Notes under the pieces: generated by a model
Told to the model about the DNA's origin: nothing
The model's database searches: none
The model's input: only the letters and a program-made list of their open reading frames with translations
Shown: piece after piece, positions 35,090 through 44,208 of the stretch
Layout of the letters: each line of letters opens with the position of its first letter
How positions within the stretch are numbered: the stretch's first letter is position 1
NCBI GenBank assembly: GCA_966112615.1
Contig: CBHWDO010000012.1
Location: 22,004 to 86,003, forward strand
Length of the DNA stretch: 64,000 nt
DNA from: an uncultured bacterium
Lineage (GTDB): Bacteria; Bacteroidota; Bacteroidia; Chitinophagales; Chitinophagaceae
Direction of reading: 5' to 3'
Translations under genes and position numbers: made by a program

Positions 35090-36877
35090 TCAAATGGTGA
35101 TCACCAGTTTACAACCTGCACCAGGTTCAGTGATCAGCTGGAACTTACCATCAATTGACTTGATTCTTTCTGCAATATTCTTCAAGCCAATCCCATTTCT
35201 TTTAGCCCTTGGATCAAATCCTACTCCATTATCACTGATGATAAGAACAAGTTTATCATCCTTATCTACCAGGCTTAACAACAATTCCGTAGCCTGTGAA
35301 TACTTGCAGATATTGGTGATCTGTTCCTGCACAACACGGTAAATAGTAAACTTTACTACATCCTGTAATTTGGTTTCATCAAACGCAAAGCGCGTATAAC
35401 AACGGATCTCCTTTAGTGTTTCAATGGTTTCCAGTAATCCATTCAATGATTGTTCAAGACTAACATCATTCAATGATGGAGGAACCAGTGCCTTTGATAA
35501 TTTTCGGATCTCCTGGATAGCCATCATGATGAGTTCGCGGCTTTGCTTTACATGATCAAGAATAAGTTGTGGCTGGTTCTTTGTCATGTCAAGAAAGAGT
35601 TTTGCCGATGTGAGGATCTGGTTTACATTGTCGTGCAGTTCCTTTCCTATCACTTCACGCTCATTTTCCTGCATCCTGATCGATGCCATGGTAATGGCTT
35701 TCTGCGCATTCACCTTCTCCTTCATCAGCATCTCTTCCAATTCAACACGCTCCGTGATGTCGCGGAAGTTCACCACGATACCCTTTATGTATTTATCAGA
35801 AACAAGATTGCGTGCATGTACATCACAAATTCTGTAATCACCGGATTTATTCCTGATCCTTAGAATAATATGGTTGGTCTGTCCTGGCTCATCAAGCACT
35901 TTTCCAAACATCATATAGGCTACTTCCAGATCATCGGGATGGATGAAAGTCAGGGAATCCTTATTGATCAGCTCTTCCGGTTTAAAACCCATTACCCTTT
36001 CAATGGCGGGACTTACAAAAGTGAAGTTCCCTGCGATATCAACAATTTCCATCACATCAAAAGTGTTGAGAATTAAAGCATTAAGCTTTTGCTCGTGGAA
36101 TCTTGCCAGTTCGCGGATCTCTTTTTCCTTTGTAATATCTGTCTGTAGTGCAAAGTATTGATACAGCTTTCCCTTAGAGTCAAATATGGGCTGGCCCTGC
36201 ACGCGCATCCACATCTGCTCACCATTTTTCCGATAATTAAGGATCTCGCAATCAAATGGAAGGCGCCCATTGACCTGGTCATTTATAAATTTAGTGACCC
36301 GTTCTGAAGATTCAGCACCACGCAAAATTTCTCCAGGATAATGCCCCTGCATTTCTTCTAATGTATATCCGGTTATCCTGGTAAATGCCTTATTAACCCA
36401 AACAACTTTCCCTTCTTTATTGGTGATGGTTACCCCGTTGACCGTTTCTTTGGCAACCAGCGAAAGCCTGTGAATCTCTTCTTCAGCAATCTTCTTTTCA
36501 GTAATATCTTTTGAATTGACAATGATACCGTTGATCACAGGGTCATGCAAAAGATTGGTCAGCCTGGATTGTATCCAACGATACTCATTATTTGCAGCAA
36601 GGATCCTGTAGTGAGGTAATTCTAATTCTGAAATATTCGGAATATCAGCAAGAATGGCTAATAATGGTTCAATATCTTCAGGATGGATGAATTCAAAAGC
36701 ATTGCGACCATTGAAAAAACTTGCATCATATCCTAATTCAAGTAAACAGGAGGGACTGACATATGTATAATTTCCCTGGGCATCAATAATTGCAATGATA
36801 TCGGTACTATTCCTTATGACAGAATGGAACCAATGTTCAGTTGAAGACGCGCTACTAATTTGCATACTTGTATTCAC
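35090..36877 (-). CDS. Cytoplasmic multi-PAS HisKA_3 sensor histidine kinase (orphan)
   Basis: It has three PAS-like modules, the H-box KELHDNVNQ and HATPase motifs (DNGVGFD, GIGLKNI). It has no TM helix and no adjacent regulator. Confidence 0.88.
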   Translation of the reverse strand: MNTSMQISSASSTEHWFHSVIRNSTDIIAIIDAQGNYTYVSPSCLLELGYDASFFNGRNAFEFIHPEDIEPLLAILADIPNISELELPHYRILAANNEYRWIQSRLTNLLHDPVINGIIVNSKDITEKKIAEEEIHRLSLVAKETVNGVTITNKEGKVVWVNKAFTRITGYTLEEMQGHYPGEILRGAESSERVTKFINDQVNGRLPFDCEILNYRKNGEQMWMRVQGQPIFDSKGKLYQYFALQTDITKEKEIRELARFHEQKLNALILNTFDVMEIVDIAGNFTFVSPAIERVMGFKPEELINKDSLTFIHPDDLEVAYMMFGKVLDEPGQTNHIILRIRNKSGDYRICDVHARNLVSDKYIKGIVVNFRDITERVELEEMLMKEKVNAQKAITMASIRMQENEREVIGKELHDNVNQILTSAKLFLDMTKNQPQLILDHVKQSRELIMMAIQEIRKLSKALVPPSLNDVSLEQSLNGLLETIETLKEIRCYTRFAFDETKLQDVVKFTIYRVVQEQITNICKYSQATELLLSLVDKDDKLVLIISDNGVGFDPRAKRNGIGLKNIAERIKSIDGKFQLITEPGAGCKLVITI

Positions 36878-36995
36878 TTAGGATACGGAGGAATAAAAGT
36901 ATTACTATCGACTCTAATATAAACTGCTGTTTTGCCAGTTACACGTCAAATGAACAATTAATTTATAACCTATAAGTGTTTTTATTTATGTACTG

Positions 36996-37223
36996 TTAAG
37001 GTCGGGCAGAAGAAGGATGCAAAATTTCGGCTATAAAGTAATCTGTATTGAAATCATAGAATTTTATAATGCCTTTCCGGTCCATTTCCCTGATCTTTTC
37101 TTTGATGGCTTCTTCACCACAATGGCAAAATCTTGCTAAGGCCTTCAGGCTTCCTATATATTTATTTTCATCAGACTTCTTTAAAAAGATCTGGAACAGA
37201 TCAGTGTTTGCTTGGCTACTCAT
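36996..37223 (-). CDS. Small hypothetical protein (75 aa)
   Basis: This is ORF evidence only. It lies 55 nt downstream of the 390-aa gene on the same strand. Confidence 0.35.
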   Translation of the reverse strand: MSSQANTDLFQIFLKKSDENKYIGSLKALARFCHCGEEAIKEKIREMDRKGIIKFYDFNTDYFIAEILHPSSARP

Positions 37224-37278
37224 CAGATTTACATTTGTCGCTCACTTTTAATCAAGTTTAATGCCACCACTGCCAAAT

Positions 37279-38451
37279 TTATTCAAACCGATTGTAGAGC
37301 GCGTTTTTTCCTAATCCCCAATTTAAACCAATCAAACTAACAAGGTTATTGAAATCCCCAAAATTCTTCCCAAATGTTCCCAATAAAAAAAGCTGGTCAT
37401 TGATCTTATATTGAATGATCCCAACCGTCCGGTTTGTATTGAAATCTTTATTATCGTTGTTGATACGCCGGATGGATTCAATTCCTAATGATAATTTATT
37501 GAACTCAAATTCAATCCTTCCACCCAGATCTGTGACATTGTATTCCGTAAAATTCTCAAAATCCAATGTGGTATTATCTTTCAGTGTTCTTATCATGATC
37601 ACTGCATTGACGTAGTTCTTACATTCCAACAGGTTCTTTATATCTTCCTCCACTTTTGATCTTGCGATCAATGGCTGATTATATCCCATCGTGATCCAGG
37701 CTCCTGTTCTGTAGCGGTTGTGCTCATTCCAGTTATTTCTGCGGAATACTGTGGAAGATGCCAGTGCAATATCCACACTGAATAAGGGCCGAACATTCAG
37801 CAGGTTAAAGAAATTTTCCCTATTGCTGTTCAATAAAGAATCCTTTGCAGTTGAAATGAATTCACCAATGCAATCGATCCGCTCCTGCCCTTCCTTATCA
37901 CCACAAGCGGCAATTGCCTGGAGAAGCGTTCGCTGAAGCGCAGCATTCACGGACGTCACGGAATTATACAAGGCTTTATTGACCAGGGCACTTCTTACAT
38001 TGATAATGTTTGACCGAAGTGAGTAACCGATATAATTCAGGTTGAAAGGATTCATCTCGCTGCTGTCTTTGAATACCGAGCCCAGCGAAAGACTGGTAGA
38101 TCTGAGTCCATAAAAAATATCAGGTTTAAACTTTATAGAGAAGTCCCCTTCCCTATCATTACCCTTACTCAACCCAAAGTATTTAAAGACATTCATTTTA
38201 GGATGACGGAAGAACCAGTATGGTGCAAATTCAAAGGCAAAATTTCGCGGGAGACCATTTGATTCTGCAGTATTTGATAAAAGACTTAAAGTAAAAGCCT
38301 TAATATTTCCGGGAGACTCTATGACCTGCGGTGAAAAATCGAGCAGGCTGAAAGCCGGTGATGACGGCACTTTCAGATCTTTCAATTCAACTTCCTGAGA
38401 CCTGGTTACAACAGCAGTTAATATGAATACCAAGAATTTAAAATACTTCAT
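37279..38451 (-). CDS. Secreted hypothetical protein, predicted outer-membrane beta-barrel
   Basis: The signal peptide is MKYFKFLVFILTAVVTRSQE. Many amphipathic strand-like segments follow (FAFEFAPYWFF, FSVDIALASSTVF, LGGRIEFEFNKLSLGIES, LVSLIGLNWGLG). I recognised no family. Confidence 0.5.
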   Translation of the reverse strand: MKYFKFLVFILTAVVTRSQEVELKDLKVPSSPAFSLLDFSPQVIESPGNIKAFTLSLLSNTAESNGLPRNFAFEFAPYWFFRHPKMNVFKYFGLSKGNDREGDFSIKFKPDIFYGLRSTSLSLGSVFKDSSEMNPFNLNYIGYSLRSNIINVRSALVNKALYNSVTSVNAALQRTLLQAIAACGDKEGQERIDCIGEFISTAKDSLLNSNRENFFNLLNVRPLFSVDIALASSTVFRRNNWNEHNRYRTGAWITMGYNQPLIARSKVEEDIKNLLECKNYVNAVIMIRTLKDNTTLDFENFTEYNVTDLGGRIEFEFNKLSLGIESIRRINNDNKDFNTNRTVGIIQYKINDQLFLLGTFGKNFGDFNNLVSLIGLNWGLGKNALYNRFE

Positions 38452-38455
38452 TGTA

Positions 38456-38866
38456 TTAGAATTGAGTGGTCAGCTTAATTGCCATGGAAGCCACGATTAG
38501 AGTTTTGTCCATGAACTGTTTCTTTTCCGTTTCCTTTAGGTTGAATCGCTGATCTCCATCGATACCACCTTCCATGGTAACTTTGATCCGAAGGTCTTCG
38601 AATACTTTATCGAACTGCCCCGGCGGAATCCCGTCAAGTAATATTGCAGTATCCACAATGATCACAGATTGGATCAATTCATTGGATTGACCAATTTCGG
38701 TTTCAGGAATACTTCCCGAGGCATCCGGTTCTGATTCAGCAATTACCACATAACTGCCGCCGGTGCGCTTACGTGTTACAATAGTTGAAGCATTTCCAAT
38801 GGTTTCAACTTCAACCATAACGGAAATCTCACTGCTGTTTTCTTTCAAATAATAATAATTGCTCAT
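38456..38866 (-). CDS. Hypothetical protein (about 136 aa, no signal peptide)
   Basis: This is ORF evidence only. I prefer the start MSNYYYLKE (38866). The stop lies 4 nt upstream of the 390-aa gene start. Confidence 0.45.
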   Translation of the reverse strand: MSNYYYLKENSSEISVMVEVETIGNASTIVTRKRTGGSYVVIAESEPDASGSIPETEIGQSNELIQSVIIVDTAILLDGIPPGQFDKVFEDLRIKVTMEGGIDGDQRFNLKETEKKQFMDKTLIVASMAIKLTTQF

Positions 38867-38951
38867 GACGATAAGTTGAGGTAGAGAGAGGAGGTCGTCA
38901 GGCAGGGGGTTCAAATAAAAATAAAAACAAATATTTGATAAGGCAATACTA

Positions 38952-38990
38952 ATCTAAAAACAAAAAAGCCAGGCTGCTTGCCTGGCTTTG
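38952..38990 (-). terminator. Intrinsic terminator downstream of the GH127 gene
   Basis: A 10-bp stem (38965-38974 / 38980-38989, aaagccaggc / gcctggcttt) has a 5-nt loop. A plus-strand A-run at 38955-38967 gives a U-tail on the minus strand. Confidence 0.7.
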
Positions 38991-39009
38991 ATTTCGTGAG
39001 ATATTTATC

Positions 39010-40968
39010 TTAGTAATTGATCCTGATTTCTTTAACCGTTGTTGGAAGCCATACCTGCATTGGATTGGCACCACGGTTATTCCAGGCAAAGTATGGAATC
39101 GCCGTTACCGTCTTACTGATCGTGTTCACCGATTTTGAATCATTCGAAACTTCAGCAACCAGTGCATCAAACTCGATCGTATTCACTCCGCCGAGAAAAT
39201 CGCCTTTATGATTTACTTTGAAAACAGGATGATCAGGCAGAACCACATTCCATGCTTCACCGCCATTGTCCTTTCCTTCGATACAATACACTAATGGACC
39301 ATATTGCAAAGCGATGCGCTGTTCGTTTTGTTTCAACTCAGGCCTGCTTGCAAGCATCCTTACTTCCATCGGGAACTCAATGGATACTTTATCACCCTTC
39401 TTCCAGGTCCTGCTGATCTTCGCATACCCATGGTCGTTAGTATATTTAACTGGCTTTCCATTCACCTTTATTACGGGTTGAACATTTTTCTTATCAGCAT
39501 AATGGTATAACTCACCTGGAGCAGGTTCATTCAACCAGCCCGGAATGCGCAGGTTAACAGTAAATGCTCTGGACCTGGCAGGATCAACCGACAAAACAGC
39601 TTGGCCATTCCATGGATATCCAGACTCCATCTTCACTGCTACATCTGTTCCGTTCAATTTCAATTTTGTATTACTGCCAATGAAGAGATTTACATACATA
39701 CCATCGTTCGAAGTATTGTAGATATAGTTGCCGAGAGAAGCAACGAGTCGTGCAATATTGGAAGGACAACAAGCAGTTCCAAACCACTCTCTCCTGCTAT
39801 GAGTTCCTGTTGATGCAAGCGGATTACCATAGAAGAAACGATCACCGCTTAATGAAAGTCCATCCAGTGCTGCATTGTACAGGCTTCGTTCCAATACATC
39901 CACATACTTAGATTCGCCGCTCAGCATATTCATGCGCTGGTTCCAGAAGACCATTCCTACGGATGCACAGGTTTCGCTGTAAGCATCTTCATTTGGAAGA
40001 TCATAGTCAACACCAAATCCTTCATTCCTTGCCTGCGCACCAATACCGCCGGTGATATACATATTGCGGAACACAACATCTTCCCAAACTCTTTTCATCG
40101 CATTCACATAACCAACATCATTGGTGACTGCCGCCACATCTGCCGCACCGGTATACATATACATTGCTCGAACCGCATGCCCGGTGATCTCTTTCTGATC
40201 CTTTACGGGAATATCGTCCTGGCAATACTTTGGATCTTTCCACTGATCCCAGATCACACCCTTACCATAGCCATGTCCACGCTGATCAAGAAACCATTTT
40301 GCAAGCTCCATATAGCGCTTGTTGCTGGTCTCATGATAGAGTTTCATCAATGCTAGTTCAATTTCCTGGTGACCTGAAACCCAGTTCCTGTTTTGCATTC
40401 TGAACGTTTCATCAATATGATTAGCAAAACGAATGGCAACATCCAGCAGTTTTCTTTTTCCTGTAGTGTTGTAATAAGCAATACCTGCTTCAATGAGGTG
40501 ACCAGCACAATAATCTTCGTGCTTCTCCATATCGGTCCAGCGCTTATCAAGACCCATCAAGGTATAATAAGTATTCAGGTAGCCATCTTTCAATTGAGCA
40601 GCAGCGATCTTATCGATCCATTCATCAGCCACTTTTTCAATGGAAGGATTGGGATTATTTCTTAGTGAATAAGCCATTGCTTCCAGGGCTTTATACACAT
40701 CAGAATCATCGTAGTAAATTCCTTCGTGATTGCCTTTTTCACCACGGGCTACTTTTTCAAAGTTCCTGATACGACCGGTTTTATTTTCCGTGTAATCAAT
40801 ACATGCTTTCAGTGTTACATCAGAAACGGTACGAAGTTTCGGACTCCAGAATGCATCATTGATCGTAACCTGTGAAAATGAAACAGGATACAGTTTTTGA
40901 AGCGACTGGGAATTGGCAGTAACTACAACAAGCAATAGCAGTACGAGATAATAGCAACGATTGATCAT
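39010..40968 (-). CDS. GH127-family beta-L-arabinofuranosidase-like glycoside hydrolase (DUF1680)
   Basis: It has a signal peptide. The E-x-C motif (SETCAS) and the CC motif (GTACCPSNIARL) correspond to the Zn/cysteine-nucleophile site described for Bifidobacterium HypBA1. Confidence 0.85.
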   Translation of the reverse strand: MINRCYYLVLLLLVVVTANSQSLQKLYPVSFSQVTINDAFWSPKLRTVSDVTLKACIDYTENKTGRIRNFEKVARGEKGNHEGIYYDDSDVYKALEAMAYSLRNNPNPSIEKVADEWIDKIAAAQLKDGYLNTYYTLMGLDKRWTDMEKHEDYCAGHLIEAGIAYYNTTGKRKLLDVAIRFANHIDETFRMQNRNWVSGHQEIELALMKLYHETSNKRYMELAKWFLDQRGHGYGKGVIWDQWKDPKYCQDDIPVKDQKEITGHAVRAMYMYTGAADVAAVTNDVGYVNAMKRVWEDVVFRNMYITGGIGAQARNEGFGVDYDLPNEDAYSETCASVGMVFWNQRMNMLSGESKYVDVLERSLYNAALDGLSLSGDRFFYGNPLASTGTHSRREWFGTACCPSNIARLVASLGNYIYNTSNDGMYVNLFIGSNTKLKLNGTDVAVKMESGYPWNGQAVLSVDPARSRAFTVNLRIPGWLNEPAPGELYHYADKKNVQPVIKVNGKPVKYTNDHGYAKISRTWKKGDKVSIEFPMEVRMLASRPELKQNEQRIALQYGPLVYCIEGKDNGGEAWNVVLPDHPVFKVNHKGDFLGGVNTIEFDALVAEVSNDSKSVNTISKTVTAIPYFAWNNRGANPMQVWLPTTVKEIRINY

Positions 40969-40989
40969 GTTAGTATTCTTTGTAATATT

Positions 40990-43782
40990 CTATCGGGCAT
41001 CTTTCACGCATCGGAAACCGACGGTTGAATTTCGTTCAAATCCTTGTGAAACGCGCAATAAATATTGACGATAATGTAATTCTCTTGGACCGCTCTGTAC
41101 ATACCACCAGCTGCTGGATGGTTTGTAATAGCTTCCACCCTTCATCATGATATAACGATAACTGCCGCTTTCATACAAATCATTCGTGAGTTGCCATACA
41201 GATCCAACAAGATCCTGCAAGCCATATGGGTTTGCACCTTTCGGATAAGATCCCACACGATGCAACTTGCCATCTCCAAGGTTCACCAGCGTTGAATCAA
41301 TTCCATCCAATGCAGATGTGGAAAGGGTTTCATTGACATACTGGATCTTTCTTTTAACAGGTGTTTCCTGCTTCCATGGCCATTCATTTAATTCAGGAGT
41401 CTGTGCAGCATATTGCCATTCAATCTCAGTTGGCAATCTTTTGCCGGCCCATTTTGCATAGGCCTTCGCATCTTCATAGCTAACATATACAACAGGGAAG
41501 TTTCCTTCACCGGATTTGAAATTTCCTTTCACCCAATGCTTCAGAAAATTTGCTGTATCAGTCGGGCGATATTTTGTTGACTGCAAAAATTCTTTGAACT
41601 GCTCATTGGTTACAGGAAAAATATCCATGTAATAAGATGACATATCAAAAGTTTCACCGGTATCTTCTTTTGGATAAGAGATCGCTTCATCACCATTGGT
41701 CGCATGGAAAGAAAATTTTCCCGCAGGGATCTTTACCATTCCTTTTGGAGTGGATGATGCACCGGTGGTTTTAACTATATCAGAAATTTTTCGACTATCG
41801 CCTGGTTTGATCGTCACCAAAGTTTCATCCAATAAAATACCATCCTGCATTAACTGGATAATGAAATCACCTTCAAACCTTCCGAATTTTTCGTGGAGAT
41901 TCAGCGAATGTTTTCCGGGCTTTAGTTTCAATGGTGTTTTTTCATAGGAAGGATGCCCAGCCCAGATCAGCAACTCAGAGCCCTTATCAGCACTAAGTTC
42001 CAGGCGATCGCCTTTTAATTTCGCATTGATCAGTACAGGTAATTGTGCAATACAATCCACTTCACCTTCATTGTTTGTTCCAAGGTATGAAGCATTGAAT
42101 GCATCAGTTTCCACTTCAATCAATTGCTTACCATCTTTTAAAACAGGCTGCAATAATTTATGATGCCAGAGATCAACAAAATGGTATCCTTCTTTTGGCT
42201 GCACTTCAAAGAGTAATCCTTTATAACCCTGTGGATGCAGGCTATACACCGTATAAATGGTCTTCTGTTCATTGGGCCATTTGTTCACCCAGATATTATC
42301 TGAAGTGGTTTCAATCAATGGCACCCAATTTCTAGAAACAAAGTTGTGTGTGTTCTCACGAAGGATCCTGCTGGTTCTTCCGAGATAACGGTATTGATCG
42401 ATCACCCAATCAGGTTGTCCTGGCGACATGATATTCAATTCAGTTCCATAACCATTAAAGAAGGATGTTGCAAATTCACGTTGGATCTTTTCCTTCTTTA
42501 CTTCAGCCACCCTAAAAATCGCAAACTCTGGTTTGATGAGTTTGTTCAGGTTAAGCATCGGTGGATAATACAATGCATTGTGTACGCGACCAGATGGAAT
42601 ACCGCTCATATGCATGGGCACCGCCATACCTTCACTGTACATGATCACGCCTTTGCGTACTTTGTCGGCAGCATCCTGCAATTCCTTACTTGATTCACCT
42701 TTGGTATCGAGCACCACTCCGTCAGCAGCGGTCTCTTTGATCAGATCCGCGATTCCACCGAGGTGATTTTCGCTGCGTGTACTTTCATCCCATGGATTGT
42801 AACACACAAACAGTTTTGAATTCTGCTTGTGCAATTGCTCAGAAAGTCTGCGCATTTCTTTTGTTCCACCGGGAAGATCACGGAACAGGTCGAACTGGTT
42901 ACGCTGATCGAGTCCTAGTGTTGGCCAGGTTGGCCAGATGCTGATGATCTCATCTCCACCATATAATTTCTTACCACGCTCGAGGAAATCCATTACATGA
43001 AATTTCCCATCCTTATAATCATAATAGAATTTATCCCAGGCCATGAACAGATGCATCACATAAGAATGACGGATCCATTTCAGATCTTCGCGCTCGAATA
43101 AACTATTATCAAATTTCTCCACATCATAGATCATGCGGGATTGGAATGTTTGCGTGAGAGCGTCCCGCCAGTTATTTCCTGCAAGCTCTGCATAGAACAG
43201 ATATTGTACGGAGCCACCTGGATAAAGGATTGTTTCAAATCTTGTACGAGTTCCCTTATCAATGCTTGCGCGATTCCTTCTTACGATTGATGTAATGGAA
43301 ACCTTTTCATTCACAGGAACATTGCTGTAACCCAGGTCCCATGCGTTATCCGGAACGATCACATTCACAGGATTCTTTCCAGGAACGAACAGGTGAGTTC
43401 GGGAAAGGCCATGATCGCCTTTCCCGGTAATTACTACATGCTCACCTCCTAAACCAAACGGTACTACATTTTTAAGTTTGACAGTATCCTTTGATTCGTT
43501 CTTGAATACAATGTTTCCTTTAACGCCTGAAGCAAAGGGTTGGAAATTATTCCATGCGATCCTGATCGCTTTTGATCCATCAATGGATGAATGCTGCTGA
43601 TCATTCACGATATAACTTACAATGGGAAGCCTTGATTTCAATTTATATTGATTACTTCCTGCAGTGATATTTTCTGCAACAAGTGAATCCTTACTAAATC
43701 CAATACTCTTTAAGATATCCTGTGCAAATGATCCTATAGAAAGGCTCATTGCCAAAGAAAATAAACTGGCGAATCGTCTCAT
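40990..43782 (-). CDS. Secreted 930-aa fusion of an uncharacterised ~690-aa N-terminal region and a C-terminal FGE/SUMF1-like domain
   Basis: It has a signal peptide. The C-terminal ~240 aa carry FGE-sulfatase-family blocks (FPVTNEQFKEFL, RLPTEIEWQYAA, GSVWQLT, MKGGSYY, VGFRCVKD). I recognised no motif in the N-terminal region. Confidence 0.75.
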   Translation of the reverse strand: MRRFASLFSLAMSLSIGSFAQDILKSIGFSKDSLVAENITAGSNQYKLKSRLPIVSYIVNDQQHSSIDGSKAIRIAWNNFQPFASGVKGNIVFKNESKDTVKLKNVVPFGLGGEHVVITGKGDHGLSRTHLFVPGKNPVNVIVPDNAWDLGYSNVPVNEKVSITSIVRRNRASIDKGTRTRFETILYPGGSVQYLFYAELAGNNWRDALTQTFQSRMIYDVEKFDNSLFEREDLKWIRHSYVMHLFMAWDKFYYDYKDGKFHVMDFLERGKKLYGGDEIISIWPTWPTLGLDQRNQFDLFRDLPGGTKEMRRLSEQLHKQNSKLFVCYNPWDESTRSENHLGGIADLIKETAADGVVLDTKGESSKELQDAADKVRKGVIMYSEGMAVPMHMSGIPSGRVHNALYYPPMLNLNKLIKPEFAIFRVAEVKKEKIQREFATSFFNGYGTELNIMSPGQPDWVIDQYRYLGRTSRILRENTHNFVSRNWVPLIETTSDNIWVNKWPNEQKTIYTVYSLHPQGYKGLLFEVQPKEGYHFVDLWHHKLLQPVLKDGKQLIEVETDAFNASYLGTNNEGEVDCIAQLPVLINAKLKGDRLELSADKGSELLIWAGHPSYEKTPLKLKPGKHSLNLHEKFGRFEGDFIIQLMQDGILLDETLVTIKPGDSRKISDIVKTTGASSTPKGMVKIPAGKFSFHATNGDEAISYPKEDTGETFDMSSYYMDIFPVTNEQFKEFLQSTKYRPTDTANFLKHWVKGNFKSGEGNFPVVYVSYEDAKAYAKWAGKRLPTEIEWQYAAQTPELNEWPWKQETPVKRKIQYVNETLSTSALDGIDSTLVNLGDGKLHRVGSYPKGANPYGLQDLVGSVWQLTNDLYESGSYRYIMMKGGSYYKPSSSWWYVQSGPRELHYRQYLLRVSQGFERNSTVGFRCVKDAR

Positions 43783-43806
43783 GTTTTCTGGGTCTGTTGA
43801 AGATGC

Positions 43807-44190
43807 TTACTTAAGCACCACATTAAAATAAGTTTTACCGTCATTGAGGATGAGGTAAGGAGTGGTTGACTTAACCTTCATACCATCCTTCTGTGTGATA
43901 AGGTAAAATATTCCCGGGTCTTTCAATACTTCCTTTGAAAATACAAAAACTCCTTCGTTGGAAGTCTGTCCGGAAGAAAGCGGATCGCCTTCATTTTCCC
44001 AGGCAGTCTTATCACGATACAGGTTCACATTTGCACCGGCAACAGGGGCATTGGTTGCATCCTTTACCACCACCTGCAATGCAGGCGGCATGGAATTTAC
44101 AATGGGCATATCCAATTCCCTTTCACAGGATGTTGATCCCGCTGCAATCACGATCAAACAAAGGATCAGTATTTTATTGATGAATTTCAT
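43807..44190 (-). CDS. Small PUL-associated lipoprotein (carboxypeptidase-regulatory-like beta-sandwich?)
   Basis: The lipoprotein signal is ...AAGSTSC. The segment VVVKDATNAPVAGANVNLY resembles CarboxypepD_reg-like folds. Confidence 0.55.
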   Translation of the reverse strand: MKFINKILILCLIVIAAGSTSCERELDMPIVNSMPPALQVVVKDATNAPVAGANVNLYRDKTAWENEGDPLSSGQTSNEGVFVFSKEVLKDPGIFYLITQKDGMKVKSTTPYLILNDGKTYFNVVLK

Positions 44191-44208
44191 AATTAGTTTT
44201 TTAATGAT

